A stretch of 42,254 nt of DNA from contig JAFYFJ010000001.1 of the NCBI GenBank assembly GCA_017543835.1, positions 1-42,254 on the forward strand, read 5' to 3'. The DNA is from Alphaproteobacteria bacterium (lineage in GTDB: Bacteria > Pseudomonadota > Alphaproteobacteria > RF32 > CAG-239). Position 1 is the first letter of the stretch; every line of letters starts with the position of its first letter. The translations under genes and the position numbers were made by a program. The notes beneath the pieces were generated by a model. That model was not told the DNA's origin. It did not search any database and saw only the letters and a list, made by a program, of their open reading frames with translations. This document shows, piece by piece, positions 16,854 to 23,469 of the stretch.

Positions 16854-17057
16854 ATGAAACAGGGGAAAGCATTAAGGCATAATGTCGGCATTGCCAAGTG
16901 GTATAATGACGAAATACAGTCGTTATGTCGGGAAATGTTTGATGATACGCAAAAAGAGCTTATGCCGTTATACGCTAAGTATGATTATGTGGCTATGGAT
17001 AGTCTTTCGTTTGACTTTACTTCCCTTCGGGGCACTTCTGCACGTCATAATTTATGA
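16854..17057 (+). pseudogene. Gene fragment (67 aa) truncated by repeat copy E4
   Basis: The reading frame runs into the repeat, which supplies the last approximately 13 codons and the stop. The N-terminal part (GIAKWYNDEIQSLCREMFDDTQKELMPLYAKY) looks like the start of a larger protein. Confidence 0.35.
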
Positions 17058-17075
17058 CGCACAGAAGTGATAGAT
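17017..17075 (-). repeat. Hairpin repeat element copy E4 (- orientation, different stem sequence)
   Basis: The sequence is TTACTTCCCTTCGGGG-CACTTCTGCACGTCATA-ATT-TATGACGCACAGAAGTG-ATAGAT. Confidence 0.7.
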
Positions 17076-17150
17076 ATTTTTAGTAATACACTGTTTCAAA
17101 ATAAGTGTCTGCAAAATATACCGGTAATGGCTATTGCGACAGATAAGATT

Positions 17151-17205
17151 TTACCCTTTTGGGCACGCCTTAAATTATTGGCAAAATGCTGAAATGTTTA
17201 TGGTT
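17151..17205 (-). repeat. Hairpin repeat element copy E5 (- orientation, degenerate)
   Basis: In TTACCCTTTTGGGCACGCCTTAAATTATTGGCAAAATGCTG the left arm is conserved and the right arm has decayed. Confidence 0.55.
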
Positions 17206-17214
17206 TAGAAACAG

Positions 17215-17406
17215 AGCGTATTTGAACAATATATCTGCCACATTTTGCGCTTGCGAAAAATGTGCCGGCGGTAGCCGTTACGGCGGGAAAAAAGTGCTAC
17301 GGCGCGGAAAAAGGGGAAGTTCGGCGACGCGAATAACAAACTGAGCGGATTTACCCTTCGGGGCACGCCTACAATTTGCGGACAGCAAATTGTAGGCGTG
17401 ATGGAT
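17215..17406 (-). repeat. Hairpin repeat element copy E6 (long form, - orientation)
   Basis: The core is ATTTACCCTTCGGGG-CACGCCTACAATTTGC-GGACA-GCAAATTGTAGGCGTG-ATGGAT, with a perfect 16-bp stem. It is preceded by a GC-rich module homologous to 7100-7290 in inverted orientation. It is followed by a 33-nt direct duplication (17401-17433 and 17442-17474). Confidence 0.8.
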
Positions 17407-17499
17407 AAAAGATTATAAAAGTGACCGTTTTTCTCAACGGTATGGATAAATGGTTATAAAAGTGAGCATTTTTCGGTAATTTTGTTATCAAAAAATCTT

Positions 17500-18501
17500 T
17501 TATACCAAGCCGGTGCGGCACAGAGCGGCATAAACCGGCTTATCTAATCCGAGCTGTTTAATCAGCACGGACGGGCGGCTTTCCACTTGTAAATCGCGCT
17601 CGCCGCAAGCGTTATCTTTGCGCCATTTCAGCACCGCGCTCGGCAGTTCTGCCTTGCCGATACACGACGAAAGATACACCCACACCTCGTCATTATCCGC
17701 CAGATTTTCCACCGCCAAACGCCGCGCGTATAAGTTCAGCGTTAAATCGGCTTTGGTCGCATCCTTGGTCCACGGCGAACCGCCGCCGACGGCACTCGCG
17801 GTCGAATAAAAATCCACCGCCAGTTTACGCCCCGTAATGCCGCAATCGGCAATACTCGAGTGCGTGGTGTAATTCCCTGCCCCGTTGATGATGATTTGCG
17901 CCGGTTGTTCACCCAAAACTTCGGCAATAAAGCTGCTCAAATCTTCCGGCTCAAGCATCGGCACCGCCGCCACCGCCGTCAAGATTCGGCCGCTGTCATC
18001 AAGCGTGATTTGCGTTTTAATATCAAGCCCTAAGTTATTGCTTTGACGCGCTTTTTTATAAATTTCACGATTAAGTTTGCGTGCCAAATAAAGCTCGCGA
18101 TTCAGATTTTCCGCGCCTTTGCAGGCATACCCGACAAACACGCCTTGGTCGCCCCACCCGTCATTATCGACGCCCTGTGCAATTTCACACGACTGCGTGC
18201 CGACAAGGTTGATGACTTCCACTTTGCGCACATCAATCGCCTTATCTCCCCAAATTTTTGCATAGCGCTCGTCATAACCGATTTCGCGCAATGCGGCTTT
18301 TACATACTGCTCAAATGGCGCGTTTTGCACCTTAGAGCATATTTCTCCGCCCAAAACGACAGTATTACCCTTAACCATCACTTCGACGGCATAACGCGTT
18401 TTTGCGTCTTGCTCGATAAAGCGGTCTAAAATGTAGCTGGTAATGTAATCGGCAATTTTATCAGGGTGTCCCAAAGACACATATTCTGCTGTTTTTATCA
18501 T
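17500..18501 (-). CDS. metK: S-adenosylmethionine synthetase-like protein, short divergent form (333 aa)
   Basis: MetK-like motifs are present: GHPDKIAD, GWGDQGVFVGY, LDIKTQI, ADCGITGRK and GGGSPWTKDATKADLT (canonically GGGAFSGKDPSKVDRS). It is about 50-60 aa shorter than canonical bacterial MetK. Confidence 0.75.
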   Translation of the reverse strand: MIKTAEYVSLGHPDKIADYITSYILDRFIEQDAKTRYAVEVMVKGNTVVLGGEICSKVQNAPFEQYVKAALREIGYDERYAKIWGDKAIDVRKVEVINLVGTQSCEIAQGVDNDGWGDQGVFVGYACKGAENLNRELYLARKLNREIYKKARQSNNLGLDIKTQITLDDSGRILTAVAAVPMLEPEDLSSFIAEVLGEQPAQIIINGAGNYTTHSSIADCGITGRKLAVDFYSTASAVGGGSPWTKDATKADLTLNLYARRLAVENLADNDEVWVYLSSCIGKAELPSAVLKWRKDNACGERDLQVESRPSVLIKQLGLDKPVYAALCRTGLV

Positions 18502-18609
18502 ATTATTTCTCCTATTTAGTCCATTTAATGCTGGACAATTCGGTTAAATCCACATTTACGGCGTTTCCCGTAACATTGTCCGTTATAGTGCATTTATTCA
18601 CATTGTCAA
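18502..18609 (-). promoter_or_regulatory. metK-like promoter (TTGACA-N16-TATAAC) plus an approximately 75-nt structured leader
   Basis: The -35 box is at 18609-18604 and the -10 box at 18587-18582. In the leader, GGACAAU pairs with AUUGUCC around an inner UUACGG/CCGUAA hairpin. The AUUGUCCA strand can alternatively pair with a downstream UGGAC just before the SD (AGGAGA). Confidence 0.45.
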
Positions 18610-18667
18610 GGTTTAATGTTGTGATTTGTGCAAGTCGTGTTATAATTGCGCACAAAGGAGAAAAATA

Positions 18668-19336
18668 ATGAAACATATCGGACTAATGTTTGCAATGGAC
18701 AAGGAAATGGCATTTTTTGCCTCAATGCTTGAAAATTTACAACAAAAAACTATACATCAACGCACTTTTTATACCGGTGTTGTCGGTGACAAAGTCATAA
18801 CTGCCGTCGTTTCCGGTATGGGCAAGGTTAATGCGGCAATTTGCACCGCAGATTTAATCAGTGTTTTTAATGCAGATTTGATTTTGAATATCGGTATTTC
18901 CGGCGGCGCAGACAGTTCGCTCAACATCGGCGATTTTGTAGTGGGAACCGATATCGTATATCATGATGTATGGTGCGGTAATCCGTATAAATACGGGCAA
19001 GTTCAGGGTTTGCCGGAAATGTATCACAGCGAACCGACATTGGTGGCAAAACTTACAAAATATCGGCAAGGACTGCTCTGCTGCGGCGATTATTTTGTGG
19101 AAAAAGCCGAAACATTACAGGCCATCAAAAATAATTTTCCGGCCGCACTCGCGGTTGATATGGAAAGCGGTGCAATCGCTCAAACTTGCTATTTGTATAA
19201 CGTGCCGCTGTTGTCTGTGCGACAAATCAGCGATGTTCCGGGAAGCGAAAATCACGCCGAACAATATGCTACTTTTTGGGAAAATGCGCCGGCGCACTCC
19301 ATCAACCTTTTGCGCGAAGTTCTGAAAGTTCTGTAA
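18668..19336 (+). CDS. mtnN: 5'-methylthioadenosine / S-adenosylhomocysteine nucleosidase
   Basis: MKHIGLMFAMDKE...VVSGMGKVNAA...GISGG...AVDMESGAIAQ is the Pfs/MtnN pattern. The SD AAAGGAGA precedes the ATG at 18668. An extended -10 (TGTTATAAT) lies at 18638-18646. Confidence 0.88.
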   Translation: MKHIGLMFAMDKEMAFFASMLENLQQKTIHQRTFYTGVVGDKVITAVVSGMGKVNAAICTADLISVFNADLILNIGISGGADSSLNIGDFVVGTDIVYHDVWCGNPYKYGQVQGLPEMYHSEPTLVAKLTKYRQGLLCCGDYFVEKAETLQAIKNNFPAALAVDMESGAIAQTCYLYNVPLLSVRQISDVPGSENHAEQYATFWENAPAHSINLLREVLKVL

Positions 19337-21054
19337 TGTCAAGATTGCAGAAAATCGGTCATCAATCGGCGAAGTTCTTTTATGAGCATTATATTGCAGG
19401 CGCATTCTTGCTGACTATAATTGTTTCGCTCTTACAATGCGGCGTATATTATGCATATAACGGCGAGCTGTTTTATACCGATACCGATTGTTACACGCGT
19501 GCGCTCAGAATTATTGACTGGCTTTCGGATTTTCAATGGGCGGAAAAAATGTTTCCGTATTATAATCCGGCAAGTTCCGGCTTTGAATTGCATTTTACGC
19601 GGATTTGCGATGTGATTTGGCTTGTTTTTGCCCTGCCGTTTTTGCTGTTTTTTCCGCTTAAAGAGGCGGTGTTTTACGGTGGTATGTTCTTTTCGCCGCT
19701 GTTTTGGGCGCTGACGATGACCGTGGTGCTATGGGGTTTGCGCCCGTATCAACCGAACCGCAAAAATAAGCAAATTGTGTTTGCCGTGTTTGCTTTGCTC
19801 GCGATGTGTTTGCTCGGTAAATTAATCAATGTTTTCGGATTTCATCGGCCGGACCATCATTCGCTGATGTGCTTTATTGCCTGCGCCGTTATTGCGGTAA
19901 CCCTGCGCCGACAAATTCGGCCGAACATCAACATTTTGTTTTGGCTCAGCGTGTTGTGCGGTTGCGGTATGTGGGCATCATCGGCAATTGAGGGGTTGTT
20001 TGTGACGGCTCTGACCCTAGGTTCGCTCGCCATCGACCGCATTTTTTATCGGCACGGCGGCAAAGGTTTGCTTTATTACGGCATCGGGCTGTTTTTAAGC
20101 GTTACGTTTGCGTGGCTGATTAACCCGCCGCTTAACGGTTATTTTGCGCTCGACATCAATCGGCTTTCGCTCATACACGTTGTTTTGACGGCGTTGATGA
20201 TGTTTGCTTTTTGGGCGTTGGCTTGGCTCAAGGCAGACAATAAAATCGCGCTGATGTGCGGTTTTATCGGGGCGGCCGCGGTGTGCGCCGTTTTAATGTT
20301 GCTGATTTTCGGCACACAAAATCTGTTTACGCCGATTTATGATGCACAAGTTTATGAGATGTTTGTGCAACGTATTACCGAAATGAAGCCGCAAGCTTTT
20401 TGGGCATACGAAACACCGAGCTTTATTCTCGGACTTTTGATTATGGGCGGATTAGTTTATCTCAGCCGTCTGAAGCAATCGTATGTTGTGCATTTGCTGT
20501 TCTTTTTTGTTTGCACTGCCCTCGCCGCGCTGATTTGCAAGCGGTTTTATCCGTATTATGTTGCCGTGTTTGTGTTTCTTTACGGTATCGGGTGGTTTTT
20601 GCTGATGTTCCGTGCCGAAACGAGCGACAAATGCAAAGCTTTGGCAATGCTGTATTTTTTGGTGCCGATTTTCTATTTGAGCACCTTTTATACCGCGCCG
20701 AAAAGGTTAGAGATTCCGCCGATGAAGGAAAACGCGCTGATGAATCTTTTTTATGCGCCGGAGTTGATGTTTTATCAAGGCATTGATACAGTCGGCGGTC
20801 CGTATCACTCAAACATTGAAGGCATACGCGATAATCACACGATGTGGTTTTCCGAAGACGAAGAAGAAATTAAGACGCTGATTAAAAAACACAATGTGCA
20901 TTCGATTTATGTAAAATATGATGAAAAACTCGAGCCGGAAAAACATACAGACCAACTGTTCGGGCAAATTATGAGCGGGCAGAATCTTTATCCGTGGCTT
21001 GTCAAAATCGGTGACGGCCATTACGAAGTCGATTATGATATGCTTGAAAAATAA
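19336..21054 (+). CDS. Large polytopic membrane protein (572 aa) with a C-terminal soluble domain; possible GT-C fold (STT3/AglB-like) glycosyltransferase
   Basis: It has at least 11 hydrophobic segments. The first loop has YTDTDCYTRALR (compare the D-x-D-x-Y-x-x-x-R loop of STT3/AglB, from memory). The C-terminal IRDNHTMWFSEDEEEIKTLIKKHNVHSIYV resembles the STT3 DNNTWN...VDYVLV segment. No WWDYG motif is present. The ATG at 19336 overlaps the mtnN TAA by 1 nt. Confidence 0.7.
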   Translation: MSRLQKIGHQSAKFFYEHYIAGAFLLTIIVSLLQCGVYYAYNGELFYTDTDCYTRALRIIDWLSDFQWAEKMFPYYNPASSGFELHFTRICDVIWLVFALPFLLFFPLKEAVFYGGMFFSPLFWALTMTVVLWGLRPYQPNRKNKQIVFAVFALLAMCLLGKLINVFGFHRPDHHSLMCFIACAVIAVTLRRQIRPNINILFWLSVLCGCGMWASSAIEGLFVTALTLGSLAIDRIFYRHGGKGLLYYGIGLFLSVTFAWLINPPLNGYFALDINRLSLIHVVLTALMMFAFWALAWLKADNKIALMCGFIGAAAVCAVLMLLIFGTQNLFTPIYDAQVYEMFVQRITEMKPQAFWAYETPSFILGLLIMGGLVYLSRLKQSYVVHLLFFFVCTALAALICKRFYPYYVAVFVFLYGIGWFLLMFRAETSDKCKALAMLYFLVPIFYLSTFYTAPKRLEIPPMKENALMNLFYAPELMFYQGIDTVGGPYHSNIEGIRDNHTMWFSEDEEEIKTLIKKHNVHSIYVKYDEKLEPEKHTDQLFGQIMSGQNLYPWLVKIGDGHYEVDYDMLEK

Positions 21055-21060
21055 TACCGA

Positions 21061-22728
21061 TTAAATAGAATTCTGACGCTGTGTTTTTTCCAGAATATTG
21101 GCGGCGGCAATATTTTGCTTTTGCTCCTGCGCGTTTCTTTGCTCTTGCGCAATTCTTTGTTGCTCTTGCGCATATTTTTGCTCATCAACCAAGCCGGATA
21201 ATGTCTTGTCACCGGTCTGCATTACCAAACGCATTTTATCATCATTAACCAAATTTTTGCTCTGCCGCTCACTTTCCTGCAAAACACGTTTGCTGATTAC
21301 CTCGTCATCGCGGCTTTTGCGCTGTGCATCTTGCTGCAATTCGGTTCTGACCTTTTCGCGCGATTTATCTTCGACATAAATCTTGTTTTTGAGTGTATCG
21401 TCGGCCTGCCGTTTGCTTTTTATGTTTTCTTCATAAACTTTTTGTTTCGGCACTTTCGGGTATATTTTGCGGAAGTTGTGGTGCCATTGGAAATACACCA
21501 AAAACACCGACGGAAACGCCACGATAAATTGCTGGTCGAGGATGCGGGTGCGCGATGTTTCATAAGCGTGTTGTGCAAGCATTCGCCGCGTATGTTCGAT
21601 AAAGCGCTCCATCCGTTTTTTCTTTTTGCTGTCCGGACGGCCCAAACGATATTCGCACATTTCTATCAGGCGGGCAATAATCGGGTCACTGTTACCCATT
21701 GCCAGTTGCCGCAGAATTTTGAGCATTTTCTGCATATTTGAACTTTTGTTCCAAAACGAGCGAATAGTTTTGGCGGCAATTCCTTCAAAGCCGAGCGCGC
21801 GCAGATTTTCCATACCGCCGCAATTTGCAATAACTTCATCCACAAAGTCATAAATCGCTTCCCAATTCATTGCGCCGTGGGGCATAACCAGCTCTTTAAC
21901 ACGTCCGTCTTTGAGTTGCCGCAACAGCTCCTTAACCAGCGGAAAATCAATAACCGGCACACTTTCGCCCTGAAGTAGCAAATAGATTTGAGATGACGCC
22001 GTGTCCATAATAAAATCTTCCATCGCCTCGGTTTCGCCGAACAAAAACGATTTGGCATATAAATAAGCATAAGCAAACAAACTTGAGTGCACCGCACGCA
22101 GCATACCGATTGTTTTAAGTGTGATTTTATACTTATCGCGAAAATCGAGCATTTTTTTCAAGCGCTCATCGCCGGTCATATTCTGCCGGATATATTGATA
22201 GCGATACCCGAATTTGCGCATTTGTTCCGGATACATTTTTTTGAAATCGAGAGCCATACCCCACTCGCGCACCATCGAATAAATCGAGAAAATCGGGTCG
22301 CGTGAATAGCCGGTAATCACGGTGGCAATTACGCCGTCATAACCGACAAAATACGGCTCCATGTGCGAGCAATACGCGTTTTTACGGAATTCAGATTCCA
22401 GCATATAAAGATATTGTTCGATTTCTTCATCACTCATATTAAGCGACGCAAAATCTTCCTGTAAATCTTGTTTCAATTGCTTAAAATCGACCTGCGGCGT
22501 CATATTTTCGCCGTCATCAATGTAATCGGTCACATACTCATCGTAGTATATGCTTTGGAATACATATTCTTCATCGTCGTAAAATGCTTTGAAATCACAT
22601 AAATCGTCATAAATAAATTCTTTGACTTCGTCCACAAAAGCCGGCTGATACACTTGTGTTTTCAAAAAGTGTATGGCATCATTTTCCAGCTCTTCGCGGC
22701 TGTATTTCAAATCAGAAAAGCGCATCAT
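21061..22728 (-). CDS. Orphan protein (555 aa): acidic D/E/Y-rich N-terminus, helical core, K/R/Q-rich coiled-coil-like C-terminus
   Basis: It is a long complete ORF. The C-terminus reads QEQQRIAQEQRNAQEQKQN. I recognise no motif. It converges on the previous gene with a 6-nt gap. Confidence 0.75.
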   Translation of the reverse strand: MMRFSDLKYSREELENDAIHFLKTQVYQPAFVDEVKEFIYDDLCDFKAFYDDEEYVFQSIYYDEYVTDYIDDGENMTPQVDFKQLKQDLQEDFASLNMSDEEIEQYLYMLESEFRKNAYCSHMEPYFVGYDGVIATVITGYSRDPIFSIYSMVREWGMALDFKKMYPEQMRKFGYRYQYIRQNMTGDERLKKMLDFRDKYKITLKTIGMLRAVHSSLFAYAYLYAKSFLFGETEAMEDFIMDTASSQIYLLLQGESVPVIDFPLVKELLRQLKDGRVKELVMPHGAMNWEAIYDFVDEVIANCGGMENLRALGFEGIAAKTIRSFWNKSSNMQKMLKILRQLAMGNSDPIIARLIEMCEYRLGRPDSKKKKRMERFIEHTRRMLAQHAYETSRTRILDQQFIVAFPSVFLVYFQWHHNFRKIYPKVPKQKVYEENIKSKRQADDTLKNKIYVEDKSREKVRTELQQDAQRKSRDDEVISKRVLQESERQSKNLVNDDKMRLVMQTGDKTLSGLVDEQKYAQEQQRIAQEQRNAQEQKQNIAAANILEKTQRQNSI

Positions 22729-22800
22729 AGCGGACTATCCTCTGATTTTATGATAAACAAATTTTATGCCGAGTCAATACGAAAAATCATAAGTTGCCAC

Positions 22801-22842
22801 AAAAACAGAAAGGATAAAACGCCACCGGCATTTTATCCTTTC
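22801..22842 (-). terminator. Rho-independent terminator after 22854-23315
   Basis: A perfect 12-bp stem (GAAAGGATAAAA / TTTTATCCTTTC) is followed by a T-run on the minus strand. Confidence 0.7.
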
Positions 22843-22853
22843 GTTTGTTTATA

Positions 22854-23315
22854 TTACGCTTTATTTTCGCGATAAATCAAAATACCGCAACAAGCAAGCG
22901 CCGTCGCCGTTAATACGGCATCAACCCATTCGAGTATCGGGTCACCCATCAGATAGAAAGCAATGTCACAGGTCAGAATATACAGCACCAATGTGCTGAC
23001 ATACTCCACAATTTCCAAATCCTTGCTTTTCCACAGGCCGCCGATAATGGCCGCACCGGCGATAGTCGCAATCCATACTTCCGGAAACCAGATGGTGTAG
23101 AGATACAGCGCGGCGGTCGCAATCACAAACCATAGTTTATTCATTTTGCTTGCCTGCGTGTTGTCTAACCCGATGAGGCCGGCAATGGCAAAAATGGTCA
23201 GGACCATTAAAATGGCAAATCCGAAATACCCCATCCAAATCAGAGCGCAATTCAGCAACACACCGAGGGCGAAAACAATAAGCCCTAACAGAATACTCTT
23301 AAAAGTCTGTTTCAT
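22854..23315 (-). CDS. Small polytopic membrane protein (153 aa), hypothetical
   Basis: It has five hydrophobic segments. The likely start is MKQTFKSILLGLIVF at 23315. The track start at 23387 lies inside a palindromic promoter region. Confidence 0.65.
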   Translation of the reverse strand: MKQTFKSILLGLIVFALGVLLNCALIWMGYFGFAILMVLTIFAIAGLIGLDNTQASKMNKLWFVIATAALYLYTIWFPEVWIATIAGAAIIGGLWKSKDLEIVEYVSTLVLYILTCDIAFYLMGDPILEWVDAVLTATALACCGILIYRENKA

Positions 23316-23469
23316 AAATGTAAGCGTTTTGTAATGTTTGGTAAATAATATTATAATTACTGCTTTTGTGTTATCGAGATAACACATTTTTTATATTTTG
23401 TCAATAATGATGTTTCCGATATGCCGATTTTTCTTAAGTTAAATGAAATTATCGTGGCAAAACAGTAAT

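Noticed and set aside
5322-17406. Hairpin repeat copies as integron attC sites, and the 7.4-10.9 kb array as an integron cassette array
   Set aside because: There is no intI gene and no GTTRRRY/RYYYAAC core sites at the hairpin bases. The cassettes carry their own promoters and terminators, and the hairpin elements do not sit between the cassettes.
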